This document shows, piece by piece, positions 1 to 13,257 of a DNA stretch of 64,000 nt (position 1 is the first letter of the stretch; every line of letters begins with the position of its first letter). Source of the stretch: Eledone cirrhosa (lineage: Eukaryota); assembly GCA_964016885.1 (NCBI GenBank), contig OZ024740.1:65906001-65970000 (forward strand), read 5' to 3'. Both the position numbers and the translations under genes were made by a program. Under the pieces are notes generated by a model that saw only the letters and a list, made by a program, of their open reading frames with translations, was not told where the DNA came from and did not search any database.

Positions 1-1737
1 TCTATGAGGGTCTTATACTTCTCCATGGCTCCTTCGTATACTCTGCCTCTGTCTCTTTGGTTGTAGCCAGAGAACTGCATGCGGTTGATGAAGTGTTGGA
101 TGCGTCTTTCCATTTCTGTTGGGTCGCACATGCGAGATACATTCTTCATCACTCATACCAAATCTGCGATCAGAATATTAAACTTAGCACTACTGGACAT
201 TGCTGAGTTTTTGAGTATCAGGTATTTGGAGGCCATGTGTTTAGCATAGTGTGAGTGAGGATGTGGGCTCTCTCGTCTATAGTGTTAATCCAGAACTCCG
301 TGTCTAATACAAGTAGTCTATTGTTAGGGTATTTGGAAGGGTAGTCGATAGTTACAGTTATACTCTGGTGTATAGAATTAGCTATCTGCTGGATGCTTTC
401 CATTGTGCTACGTTCTAAATCAAACTTGTTAGTGCTCTCTAGTGGGGATGTTCTTATAACTATATTGATATCGTCTACGTAACGAGAGTACATGATGAGG
501 TCTATGGAGCTTTCATTAAGGAGATCTTTAAGTCTCCTTTCCCACCATACCAATAAAAGGTTGTCAACAACACCAGCTATGCTGACGCCAATGGCTGCTC
601 CCTCATTTTGGGTGTAGATCTTCTCGTTGAACTTGAATATGTGGCCCTTTAGGGTAGTTTTGATACTAGCCCCTATTGCATGTGCGATCATTTTTCTTAC
701 CTGATCATTGTTTTTGGGGGCCCGTATAGCATTGGTCCACCCAATCCACCTTTCCATGGGAGTCTTTTTTGCCATTGAGGTTATGGTGGGGGGTCTACCT
801 ATTATGGGTCTAAGGTTATGGCTGTCTAGGTAGTCAGTGTCGTAGGCAAGTCTAAGTAGGAGGCCCAGTTAGTCTGTGTCGACGTCGCAGAACTCCACCT
901 CACTCTCAATGATCATCTCCACAGATTTTTCCACAGCAAAATCCATGTTAATGGATGGGTACAGTGATACCACATCCATGCTGCCTATTATGCAGTTGGA
1001 TAGGTTCCTATTTTTGTTGCACTCACTGATTCTGCTGAGGGGGTCCTCTGTACTGTCACATACATCTGGGGACATCTTGATTATGGGGCATATAACCATT
1101 GAGACTAAGTAGGAGATCCTGTAGTTGCTAGCTATATTAGCTCCGCATACGGGTCTTGTTGGTGGCCCTGTTGTCGGGTCGTCGACTGTCTTGTGGTCTT
1201 TGCGGTGCCCATACAAGTGTGGTATGCCATTGTTAGACGCCTGGCAGTTGTTGGCAGTACGTCTGCTTGGCTTTAGGATGTCAGTCCACATCATCATGTG
1301 AGCGATGAGGATTTTCTATCTCCCATCATGTGTTTGCTGTGCAATTTCGCTCGTGTTGGTGATGTGGGGTTGCATATCCTTGATGTAGTTCGGCATGCTA
1401 TCTATTGACATCCTACCAGACTTATCTGTGGGTAGACACACTACCTCACCATCCCTTGTGCGCTGCTTGAGGCTAACCAAGCCTTCTACAGGTTTCCTTC
1501 CAAGTTGTTGGGCCTCTGGTCTGCTCTGTCTCTTAGTATACCGGTCTACTACTTGTCTAATCTTATTTCTAGCTATGGTGAACTGTGCCTCTGTCTCGTC
1601 ATCTATTTGTTGTGGTATGCAAACTCTTTTATTAAAGAGTAACCTCGTAGGATAGATATTACCCATCTTATATGTTTTGTCAGCTGGGTTGAAAAATAGT
1701 TTCTCTAAGGGGTTGTCATTATATCTATCGTCATAGT

Positions 1738-1925
1738 GCGGTGGATTGGCAGTATTGGTAGAGATTCGGACGCCATGCTTTCCAGCATAGTTACGTCCCT
1801 TTTCGATCCGAGTTCAAATCCCGCCGAGGTTGACTTTGCCTTTCATCCTTACGGGGTCGATAAAATAAAGTACCAGTAATGCACTGGGTATTTGCTGGCC
1901 TTGTGCCTAAAGTACAAACAATTAT
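1738..1925 (+). mobile_element. tRNA-derived SINE (family S1), full length, inserted in the PLE ORF
   Basis: A-box-like GTGGATTGGCAG, B-box GAGTTCAAATCCC, core CTTTCATCCTTACGGGGTCGATAAAATAAAGTACCAG and ATT tail; about 11 copies in the window. Confidence 0.9.
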
Positions 1926-2490
1926 ATCTATCGTCATAATTGTGTGTGTTGCTATTATTGTTATTATGGTGGTTGTTGTTGTTCCTATCATTAGCATTAT
2001 TATTATTGTTATGATTGCTAGATGTATTGTTGCTGTGATTGTTAGATGTATTGTTGTTATGATTGCTAGGTGTATTGTTGCTGTGATTGTTAGATGTATT
2101 GTTGTTATGATTGCTAGATGTATTGTTGCTGTGATTGTTTTTGTTACTGTTATTGTTGTTGTTACTTGTATTATGTTACTTGTTTTTGTTGTGTCTATCA
2201 TTAATGTTGCTACATGTATTATTTCCATTATTACCACTGTGGTTATTGTTGTTGTTCGTATTGTTACCGTTATTACTACTGTGGTCGCTGCTCTGTGTCT
2301 GTGGTTAATGTTTCTATTATTATTATCATTGTGGTTGTTGTTGTTGTTCTGTCTATCGTTAGTATTATTACCATTATTATTATTTCTCACTCTCCTGCTA
2401 TTGTTATTGTTATGGCTGTTATTTCTATACTCAGAGTTATTGTTTATATTACTACTACCGTTATTGTTGTTGCTGTTGTTGTTGTTGTTT
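1926..2490. repeat. (TTG/TTA)n low-complexity tract with a 48-bp minisatellite (~3 copies from 2011)
   Basis: ATGATTGCTA recurs at 2011, 2059 and 2107; the minus strand reads Asn/Thr-rich. Confidence 0.85.
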
Positions 2491-3409
2491 ACTTTTGCAT
2501 TCCAACGTATTTTTGTGAAACTTTTTTCCAGTTCCGTTTTGCACTCAATAGGGTTAATCTTTTTGTAGATGGCAAATTTTGGTGGTAGCTGCAGGATTTG
2601 TTGTTCTTGTTCACTGATTAAAGTGTTCCCATAAATATTTACTGTGTGGTTATTGGTAAATTCTTCCGGTAGTTTTACATCAGTCATACGGTATATTGTT
2701 GATGTTATCTGGGTATTTTTGAGAATATTCTATTTTCCTTTCTTGTATTTTTTTCTTATTCATCCATTCTAATTCCTTATTGAAATGCCTATTGCATTCG
2801 TTTGGGGCGTATTTCGTTTCACGTCCGATGACGCTCATGAAGTTATCCCTCTCGTTTGGTGTCGTGAGATTTTGGACTTCCTTACCGTTAATGCATTTCT
2901 GTCTGTAAAGTTGGTTGACTTTTGTGTATGTTGTTCTTTTCATATTAACTTTTATTGTGTTTTAGTTGTTCAGCTTGCGTTTTGTTCAATAATAAATTAT
3001 TTACTTGTTTTGATATGTTTGTTGTGTATACTTTGGAGGAAACACAGTGTTTTAAGAAGCGGATTTGTTCTGTTGTTATTGTAATTTTTATATAACAGAA
3101 AAGAGTGTCTTTCAATAACCTTTCAGCTTGGCACAAGCTAATGCCATCACGGCGATGCATTAGTTTTGAGCGGATTTGTATATGAAATCGTGTGTCGAAA
3201 CAAATATTGTTATACTTGGGGAGGTTCATATTTGTGTAATATTGCCAGAATTAATAACAGAACACACTCACTGTTTGGTTGGTTTTCGTTTTTCGCTTCT
3301 GTGTCTTTTATATCGGTAATCTAATTTATTCGGTCCTCAATGTTGCCATTGACTGACCAACGGTTAAAAATAATACAGATACAATATAGACACAAACACA
3401 TATATATAG

Positions 3410-3455
3410 TTTATCAAAGTTCTTTCGTTGCACATCTGCAACATCGTCAGTGGTG
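3410..3455 (-). ncRNA. Hammerhead core in the PLE pLTR (cleavage side degenerate)
   Basis: Minus strand: CCA CTGACGA T GTTGCA GATG TGCAAC GAAA G; homologue at 28646-28676 (+). Confidence 0.6.
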
Positions 3456-3822
3456 CTGTTGTTTCCTCCCGTTAAATTGTATGTCTACGCCATCATTATT
3501 TAGTCTGTTTATATATTTTTTTATTTTTTTTTGTTTGTTTATTTTATTTTGTCTTCTTTGCTCATGCGTTTGCGTGTGTGTATAGTGTTTTGTTTGATGT
3601 GTGTTCGTGATTGGGTGACTGTGTATCGGTTAATGTATTCTATATTTACTAGTGTGTGTTTATATGTGTTAGTTGTTATTGTGCTTGTGTATGTATTTAT
3701 TTATTTATTTATCTATTTATTTATTTATTTATACTTCTCTTAGGTCAGTCAATGGCAACATTGAGGACCGAATAAATTAGATTACCGATATAAAAGACAC
3801 AGAAGCGAAAAGCGAAAACCAA

Positions 3823-3854
<32 letters not shown>

Positions 3855-4591
3855 CTTTCTTTATATATATATATAAGATAACAAGATATCGTTAAAGGTA
3901 ATCCGATGAGAGGTTGTAAAAGCTTCTTATCATGAATAGTTTAAGCGTACGGCGTTGTAAGACTCAACAAGAGCTTTACGTGGATAACGAGTTTATGACT
4001 TCACTTGTATTCCTGTGTAAGTATATCTTGGAATAATAACATTGAAAAATTGAAGAATAACATGGTCGACAGTACAAACAAGGACATTTTTTACAGTCTA
4101 ACAATTGTTTCTATGATAGAGTTGTCTAAAAATTGCCAAACACAGAAGGTAATAATATTGATGTGGTAATTTGAATTTGTAAATATACCGTTACGCATAT
4201 TTATTTTATTTTCTCTTGTTCTCTGACGAAATGATAGAGGTTAACATGTATTTTTAATTGAGTGACACTGCCTTCTGTGTTTAGCAATTTTAAGTGAATT
4301 CTATAATAGAAACAATTGTTAGACTGTAAATAAATTTCCTTGTTTGTACTGTCGACCATGTTATTCTTCAATTTTTCAATTGTATTACTCCAAGATATAC
4401 TTACACAGGGCTACAAGTGAGGTCATAAACTCGTCATCCACGTAAACCTCTTGTTGAGTCTTACAACGCTTAAACTGTTCATGATAAGAAGTTTTCACAA
4501 CCTCTAATCGGATTACCTTTAACGATATCTTGTTATCTTATATGCCAAGCTCCCATTAGTTTGAGCAACCAATGTAACGCACGGCACTAAC

Positions 4592-6944
4592 ATGGAAAAA
4601 CACTATATAGGAATGTCCCTAAAAAACATTCCTATACCTACACATAAGGAATATATGTTCGGTATGATACAAAGAACTAACGATTTTATCTGCAGAATCA
4701 GATGGAAAGCATATCATTGCGATAAAGGATATAATAATAGTGATAGAAGTAACAGATCTACCAGGGCAACCCACATCTTGATGCTTTTGAACTTGATCTC
4801 ATGAACATGATAAAAGATATTAAATTCTAAAAACGAACCCATCACAACAAACTGCAAAATAATATCAATGCACTTATAAGTAAATTACGTGCCACCAATG
4901 GTATCATTGTAACGACAGATAAAACATCTAACGTATACACCATGAGCCTTAATAAAAACAACAACTTTATATGCCGGGAATTACATAAAACATACAGGAA
5001 AACTACAGAGTCTGCACTCCTTAGCATTGACATAGAAGGTCTTAGCATAGTAAATAAACTTAAAATATCCTATAGAACCGAACCTCTGACCCCGTATGAA
5101 TCCACTTTTATTCTGAAGGATCATAAATGTAACTTTGAAACTAACCTTACTATTATATTAATATGTCCTTCAAAATCAGATATAGGCAGAATTAGCAGGT
5201 TTGTACTAGATAGAATAATACCACAAATTAAGGAACAGCTAATAATCAAACTCTGGGGTGACACAAATGATGCAATAGATTGGTTCAATACTTTAGACAA
5301 TAGAGAATCGTCCGACTTTATACAATTTGACATTAATGACTACTACTGTTCTATCTCCCCTGTTACCCTTAATAAGGCACTATCCTTTGCGTAAAAAAAC
5401 TCTGATCTTTCATCAGATGAAATTAAAATAATACTAGCCGCTAGAAAAACAGTCATTAAATTCGACAATAGCTACTGGGAGCGAAAAAATAGACTGGATA
5501 ACTTTGATATAACTATAGGATCAAACGACTCAGCCCAAATCAGAGACTTGGTTGGAACTTATATAGCATATTTCTTACATAGAGAATTTGATAACCTACA
5601 TTGCGGAATCTATAGGGACAATACATTACTTTTAGCTAGAAACTTAAATAGCCAGAACTTAGAAAGATTAAGGAAAAAGATTAGATAATTTTTTAAGGAT
5701 TTAGGCCTTAGTATTACTTTTAAACCCTACGCTAAAAGAGTCAACTTCTTGGACGTATTGTTTAACTTTAACTCAGGACTAATGGAACCCTTCCATAAGA
5801 ATACTGAAAATTTAGCTTACATTGACTATAACTCTAACCACCCTAGATCCGTTATTAACTCCATAGCACATAGTATATTCCTTAGAATGTCGTGCCTATC
5901 TTCTAACCAGGACATTTTTAACGAACCCGCTAGCTACTACAACTTAGCTTTACTGAAGGCAGGCCATAAAGAGCGACTCAAATACATACCAGATACATAA
6001 AAAAGCAACACACTTAATGTTAATAATAATTTCCACACCCATAGAAACAATAAACCTAGGACTAAACGCAGAAATTGGCAGCATACACGTCATTTAAATG
6101 AACAGAATGCTAATATAAAAACCCCTAGTTACCATAGAAGATGCAGAAATAGAAACCACTTATGGTTCAATCCAATGATTAACTTCTCTATTAAAACTAA
6201 GCTTCCTTTCACTTTCTTTAAATTAGTTGACAAACACTTCCCTAAAATTCATAAATATCATAAAATATTTAATAGAACAACTATCAAACTATCATACTCC
6301 ACTGACAACAACATAGAATCGCACATTCACAAAATCAACTACAAAGGAATTTATAATTCAAGTAGCCGGCAAATAAATACCATTTCATCAAATACAGAAC
6401 ATATGCATATTATATCATCGCAACCAAACACACACCGGAGCACACCACCACAATACATCAACAAACCTAATTCGCAGCCCATACATAACAATATACAAAA
6501 TCATATATTAGAACCGCCGCATATGAAAGCATCTTTATGTAACTGCCACTTACCTGACAAATGCCCGTTACAAAACAGATGCCTAGAAAAAAATTTGGTA
6601 TATCTATGTACGATAAATTCAGGTGGCCTGGCATGTTATTACATTGGTTCCACAGCTGGTGAATGAAAAAAAAAGGTGATACGTGCACAGACATTCTATG
6701 ATTAATAAGAATCTCTCAAATACAACAACTCTCGCAAACAAAATCTGGCAACTCAAGAATGAAAGCATTGAATACGAGATCAGTTGGTCAATATTGTCAG
6801 AAGTATGTCTATTGCAGGCTCTGTAATATGGAACTTTTCCAAATTCTTAATTTCAGCAAAGCCCTTCTTAACAGTAGAATTGAACGAACTATTTTTTGTC
6901 GGCACAAATCAGCAACGAAATTCGAGAACTTTAGACTATCTTAA
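4592..6944 (+). pseudogene. Disrupted PLE reverse transcriptase + GIY-YIG endonuclease ORF
   Basis: SLKNIPIP..RIRWKA, TDKTSNVY, LKDHK.NF, PSKSDIGRIS, FIQFDINDYYCSI, GIYRDN, VNFLDV, CNCHLPDKCPLQNRC..NLVY..YYIGST, CRLCNME; stops and frameshifts. Confidence 0.9.
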
Positions 6945-7214
6945 TTCCATCTTTTCTATTCCTTATCCCTTTTATACCACTAGAATCTACTTCGATATCA
7001 CATTATCAGCAGCATCGTCACCATTATAATTAACAAAGACCAACATCAGAACCTACTGTATTTACAATCCTCATCTTATACACCTCTATCTTTTACCATT
7101 TGTCTTTGCCTTTCTCTAAACGTATTTCATCTCGATCGTTTTATCTTATCATGTAATGCATCTTAAACTAGTTAATTTACTTATTAAAATATCCAATACA
7201 CACATAAATATATC

Positions 7215-7383
7215 CAATAATTGTTTCTACTTTAGGCACAAGGCCAGCAATTATCAGGGCATTACTGGTACTTTACTTTATCGACCCCGTAAGGATGAAA
7301 GGCAAAGTAAACCTCGGCCTGATTTGAACTCAGACGTAAAGGGACGTAACTATGCTGGAAAGCAAGGCGTCCGACTCTCTACG
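7215..7383 (-). mobile_element. SINE S1
   Basis: Reverse complement of 1738-1925. Confidence 0.9.
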
Positions 7384-8560
7384 GATCATATTTTCAAATT
7401 AACATCTACCCATATCTAACAATCATCAATAACTATTCACAATAACATTAATAATATTAATATTATTCTTATTAGTCTCTTCAACACATTTATTTATTTA
7501 TCGATTCTCATCTCTACTTTTCAAATACTATACCATTTGATATAACAATAGGTGTAACTTACTTTTTTACTCATCTACCTATTTATTTATTTATTTATTT
7601 ACTTTTTTATTAATTATTTATTATTTTAATTTTTTTTTTTAATTTTTTTACGCTTTTTTTTTTTTTCTATTAATTATTTAATTTATTTATTTATTTGTTT
7701 CTATTCTTATATCTCTATTTTCGCTCGCACTCATTCTTGAATTAACGTATATTCATCTATCTGCTCCTCTTCCGCCTTCTCTCCATTCTATTTCTGCCTA
7801 TATTTAACAACAAAAACTCATCCGTTCGCACGTCTGTTCTCTTCTTTCTTTCATTTATTGAACATGATTGCGTAATATTTAGCTGTAATAATCTCCCGGT
7901 CTTCTTCCTTCTATTTCTTTTTCTTTTTTTTCCTTTCTCCTTCTTCTTCTTCATCTTTCTCTGCCTCTTTCTGTGTTTCTTTCTTCCTCTTTCTTTCTTT
8001 TCTCTACATTAACTATTTCTATCACACCCCCCCCCCCCCTCTGTTCTTTCTATCAGTATCTCCATTATTAATAATTTTTTGATGTGATAGTTTCAACTCG
8101 TAAATTTGCCGGTTACATATTTATTTGTATTTTATTTCTCTCTTTCGTCTTTCCTCCTCCCCTCCTTTCCATCTGTCCTCCTTCCTCTGTTTCTCTCTAT
8201 ATCTTTATTATTAATATTAATATTGATGTGGTAATTTGAATTTGTAAATTTACCGTTACACATATTTATTTCATTTTCACTTGGTCTCGGACGAAATGAT
8301 AGAGACAACATGTATTTTAAATTGAGTGACACTGCCTTCTGTGTTTAGCAATTTTTAGACAATCATATGCAGACATATAAATATAAATAACTAAAAACAC
8401 ATATATACACATATATATATATACACAGAATATAAAATACATAGATACACACCAACATATATATATATATATACATATACACATATACATATTTATATAT
8501 ATATATATACATTTACACACGCACACACATACACAAATATATACAAATATATATATATAC

Positions 8561-8617
<57 letters not shown>

Positions 8618-8761
8618 CATACACATACATACACATATACACACATATACATATGCGTACATCCATGTACTCATAAACACAGTCATATAAATATACATAT
8701 ATACACAGTCATATAAATACAGCTCTACAAGCGGATAGGTAAGATGTACCTATATATATAC

Positions 8762-8844
<83 letters not shown>

Positions 8845-8979
8845 TAAACAATCTGTTATTTAATTTGTTGATTATTCAACAAATTAATTTATAACAGATT
8901 AGAAGCACTCAACATGTTTCTTCTGGAGTATAATATCAATAATATTAATAAATGGAAACTATCTTTATAAAACCATATT

Positions 8980-9040
8980 TATTTTATTATATATATTTCA
9001 AGGGTACCATTAATTTGGTACGGACTCATCAGATGAAATA
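8980..9040 (-). ncRNA. Type I hammerhead motif (family H3)
   Basis: TATTTCAT CTGATGA gtcc GTACCA aattaa TGGTAC cctt GAAA TATATATA ATAAAATA; related copies at 21419 and 52661. Confidence 0.7.
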
Positions 9041-9339
9041 CAAAAATTGGTTTACAGATAGTGACATATCTATATATGATCTTAATGATATGAGTTCTAT
9101 GAATAGATGTTAATTAATGTAATGAGTTCTATTTACATAGAACTCATATCATTAAAGTCATATGTAGATGTGTCACTATCTGTAAACCAATTCTTTTATT
9201 TACTCACACCGAATCTTGTGACAAAACATCTTGAAACTTTCAGAAATTGAGAAATGTATAAATCACCATGCTTAGCATAGTCATTTTCATTGTTATTTTT
9301 GAAATGGAAGTTCAATAATAATTAGTCCAATAAAATAAA

Positions 9340-9531
9340 TGTTTCTACTTTGGCACAAGGCCAGCAGTTACCCAGTGTATAACTGGTACTTTATTTTATC
9401 CCCCCCCCCCTCCATAAGGATGAAAGGGAAAGTTAACCTCGACCGGATTTGAACTCAGAATGGCAATGGCCGTAACTCTATGCGTCAAAGCATGGCCTCC
9501 GACCCTCTACCGATAGTGCCAATCCACCACC
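9340..9531 (-). mobile_element. SINE S1
   Basis: Matches S1 on the minus strand. Confidence 0.85.
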
Positions 9532-9590
9532 CTAAGTCCAATAAATAATAATTAAAATTACATGTGTTCTCAAATACCGTTCGCATCTAG

Positions 9591-9650
<60 letters not shown>

Positions 9651-9793
9651 TATGTATACGTACATACATATATGTATACAGACATAAAAGTAGTATGCAT
9701 ATATATACATACATGCAGATATATAGGTACGTATGTATTTACCGAGCATTTATTATAATGTTCGGTTTGTTCAATCATCTGGCAGGAAGGTAT

Positions 9794-9836
9794 ACCGTGC
9801 TGACGATAGCTAATAAGCTTGAAACTAGTACATCGT
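9794..9836 (+). ncRNA. Type I hammerhead (family H2), intact core
   Basis: ACCGTG CTGACGA T AGCT AATA AGCT T GAAAC TA GTA CATCGT. Confidence 0.8.
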
Positions 9837-10101
9837 ACCTTTGTCAGAGTTGAATAAAAGGGCATCGATGGTTGCTAAACACCGTACGGCTTAATTCGGG
9901 ATGTTTGTTTACAAACAAACCGAGCATTAAAATAAATGTTCGCTAAATCCTTACGCACATATATATATATATGTGTGCATGTATGTATATATATACATTC
10001 TACTGTACCTCTGTATACATATATGTATGTACGTATACATACTTATATTTAAGTAACAGCCGTACTAAGAGTGATAATTGAAATTTCGTTTCATTTTATC
10101 C

Positions 10102-10172
<71 letters not shown>

Positions 10173-10314
10173 TATACATATATATATGTACGTATGGGTT
10201 TACCGAACATTTATTATAATGTTCTGTTTGTTTGTAAACAAATAAACAGCCCGAATTACGCCGTAAAGTGTTCAGGAAACCATCGTTGCCTTTTTGTTCA
10301 ACCCTGAAACAGGA

Positions 10315-10357
10315 AAGGTGTACTAGTTTCAAGCTTATTAGCTATCGTCAGCATCGT
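10315..10357 (-). ncRNA. Type I hammerhead (family H2), intact core
   Basis: ACGATG CTGACGA TAGCT AATA AGCTT GAAAC TA GTA CACCTT. Confidence 0.75.
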
Positions 10358-11079
10358 ATACCTTCCTGCCAGATGATTGAACGTCTCAAAGTATATACTT
10401 TCTTAAAGCATATTAACGGCTGAGGAGCCTAATTTGCGTATCGAGTGAGATAGTCGGCTGGGCGCACCATTTGTTTGTTTACAAACAAACCGAACATTAT
10501 AATAAATATTCGGTAAACCCTTACGTACATATATATATGTGTGCATGTATGTATACATATACATATTACTGTACATCTGTATACATATATGTATGTACGT
10601 ATACATACATACTTATATATATATATATATATATATGTAAAAGGTAAACAGAAATAACAACACAATCGGTACAGTATATAGAAGGTGTATATTAGGTTAA
10701 ATCCCGATATAGCAGGAAGAGGGTCTTAACGTTTCGGACGCTAGTCCTGCATAAGAAGAAAGAATGAGAAATAAAATAGATTGAGGGGACGGGCGGGTTG
10801 GAATTGGAAAAAATGTCTTTAGACAAAAATAACAGGTCTATTCATGTTGACATCTCTTTCAAAACTGTAGGCGTTCATACACACACATATATATACAAAA
10901 TGTATATATATATATATATAGTATTAAGGATACTATTTATGCTTATGTATATACTAAAACCTTTATAGTTATATATATTTTAAACCCTAAATAGTGAAGG
11001 ACAGTAATTTATTACCATCTTATTACCAGTAAGATAAATAGCTCAATGTAACATCATCAGTTGTTTTACAGAGCAGTTA

Positions 11080-11732
11080 TATAGAAATTACATGAATGAA
11101 AGTTCTGTTTAAATCATTTATATGCTTTCAGTTGTTTCTTCCAAACCGAGGTTTGGGGTCTTCGGAGCAATTATTCAGTGATTTTATACAGACTTGACCT
11201 CCTTTTCAACACAAGACACATATAGAAACATATGTATATATTGACCCACAGTGGGTTGACATCCATTATAATAATATAGCATGGCAATATACATACAAAG
11301 ATTACAGTCATATTACATGTAACAATCTGCTGCACTATAATCATCTATAAATAGGACACGCGTGCATGCCTCACGTGTGACTGTTGCATACACTGGCTAC
11401 TCCAAACTATACTCTTGCTTTATCTTCATAAACTGCCAATGTTTTATTTTAATTTTAATTTTAATTTAAATTTTAATTTTAACTTTAATTTTGTCCTTTA
11501 ATATGACTGTAATCTTTGTATGTATATTGCCATGCTATATTATTTATAATGGATGTCAACCCACTGTGGATCAATATATACATATGTTTCTATATGTCTC
11601 TTGTGTTGAAAAGGAGGTCATGTATGTATAAAATCACTGAATAATTGGTCCGAAGAATCCAAATTTTGGTTTGGAAGAAACAATTGTAAGCAAATAAATG
11701 ATTTAAACAGAACTTTGATTCATGTACTTTCA

Positions 11733-11735
<3 letters not shown>
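11080..11735. repeat. Inverted repeat (arms ~11080-11315 and 11499-11735), each arm with an HHR-like motif (family H5)
   Basis: Arms are reverse complements; 11645-11693 (+) reads TTGGT CCGAAGA atccaaa..tttggaa GAAAC AATT GTA AGCAA; mirror copy at 11123-11170 (-). Confidence 0.75.
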
Positions 11736-11830
<95 letters not shown>

Positions 11831-11846
11831 ATACATACATACATAT

Positions 11847-11898
<52 letters not shown>

Positions 11899-12020
11899 TA
11901 TCGAGAATCGTATTTCAGCTCAGGAATTAACGAAAATCAACCTCCGAGATGTGTGGCAAGCGCTCGATGATTCATATGAATCAGAGCTACAACATACGTT
12001 AAGGGCCAAACACACTGAGA

Positions 12021-12097
<77 letters not shown>

Positions 12098-12689
12098 AAA
12101 GGATGCGGACGCTGTTTGAGGACATGTATTTTTAGTCATTATTCTATTTAACTACATTTTATTGAACTTCTATTTCAGAAAATAACAAGAAAATTACTAT
12201 GCTTACAAATGATTGTGGCTTTGAAGACTAAGCATGGTGATTTAGAAATTTCACGTTCTCTGAAAGTTTCAAAATCTTTTGTTCATATATATATATAACA
12301 TTTATTTGTGAAAATAATTAGATTAAATGAATTCAACAGTTAACACACATAGGAATGATAGGTTGTTACCAAAGAGCCAAATGATTGACAAGTTCACCCT
12401 AAATATGAATCATACACTAGGAAAATCATGAACGACACTACATCTTTTTAACTTTCATTTAAGTAGTTTTATAATTATTAATTTTCATTATACCTTTGTA
12501 GCTGTCTCGGTGGCCTAGCTGGAGGAATCTCAGGCAGTGTTGATCCAGGTGTGAAGTCCGATCCTGGTCGTGAGTAGTGTTCCCGGTAAACCTTTTCAGT
12601 TTTTTTCCTTATTCATATATATTTGTGTGTTTTTGCATGTCAGTAAGTGTCAAGCTTATAATGATTGGCATTATATATATAGGTTAATT

Positions 12690-12900
12690 TTGATGATTTC
12701 TTCTAAGAAAAAATACAAAGATAGATGTTTTTTTAGAAACAATCACCCCCACCCAGCCTTAAATTTCTACTTGGGATGGAATTAGTGTCTCAATAACGCT
12801 TATCTTCATCTTTGGTAGAAAATCTAGGTCAACGTTGATGATTTCTTCTAAGAAAAAATACCAAGATAGATATTTTTAGAAGCAATCAACCCCACTCCCG
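12690..12900. repeat. Direct duplication with ~145-bp period
   Basis: TTGATGATTTCTTCTAAGAAAAAATAC at ~12690 and ~12835. Confidence 0.7.
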
Positions 12901-13124
12901 ATCAAATCTAAGGTCACCCGGCATTTCACACCATTCCCAGCTGGAACATGTATCCACTCCTCATAGGGCCTCTCCCCTCCTTCATCCAACTTTTCCTACT
13001 ACCAGTCCCAACCAAGCTATACTCAGAGTAGGATGGACAGAGAAATGTACTCTCTTCTCTGAATAAACATGTTTCAAAATTAATTTTTCTTCCCCTTTTT
13101 ATTTTCATTTTATTACGTCTTTAT

Positions 13125-13257
13125 GGTCTGAGTTCAAATCCCGCCGGGGTAACTTTGCCTTTCATCCTTACAGGGTCGATAAAATAAAGTACCAGTAATG
13201 CACTGGATAATTGCTGGCCTTGTGCCAAAAGTAGAAACAATTATTGTTATTATTATT
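13125..13257 (+). mobile_element. SINE S1, 5'-truncated, with ATT tail
   Basis: B box, core and tail present. Confidence 0.9.

Larger units (their letters stand above)
1..3825 (-). mobile_element. Penelope-like retroelement (probably Neptune-type), decayed, running off the window start; pLTR at ~3230-3742 and inverted 5' piece at 3743-3825
   Basis: Minus-strand ORF pieces: N-terminus MNLPKYNN..IRFLKHC (2945-3229), LQLPPKFAI..KIRW, PTDKSGRM, PHLYGHRKDHK..TRPVCG, GSMDVVSLYPSI, YTQNEGAAIG, YSRYVDDI. Bases 1-250 match the GIY-YIG-bearing copy at 27435+. Confidence 0.9.
3872..8365 (+). mobile_element. Penelope-like element of Naiad type with direct pLTR repeat and inverted 5' arm
   Basis: 4152-4290 is repeated at 8215-8360; 3872-4151 is the inverted copy of 4268-4541; RT + GIY-YIG ORF lies between; (TA)n flanks. 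Confidence 0.85.
9647..10620. mobile_element. Two fold-back copies of a ~430-490 bp hammerhead-carrying non-coding repeat (family H2)
   Basis: Shared TTTACCGAACATTTATTATAATGCTCGGTTTGTTTGTAAAC block in both orientations; HHRs at 9794-9836 (+) and 10315-10357 (-); (TA)n flanks. Confidence 0.8.

Noticed and set aside
1879-2568. 229-aa hydrophobic ORF as a membrane protein
   Set aside because: It is the antisense reading of AAC/AAT repeats.
4215-4255. CTGACGA in the Naiad pLTR as a hammerhead
   Set aside because: No GAAA in register, and the second copy reads CGGACGA.
6658-6670. In-frame TGA in the Naiad endonuclease as selenocysteine
   Set aside because: It is not at a Cys-motif position, is more likely TGG>TGA in a decayed copy, and no SECIS is evident.
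12500-12600. Possible tRNA gene or SINE head
   Set aside because: Only weak A/B-box similarity, no cloverleaf and a single copy.
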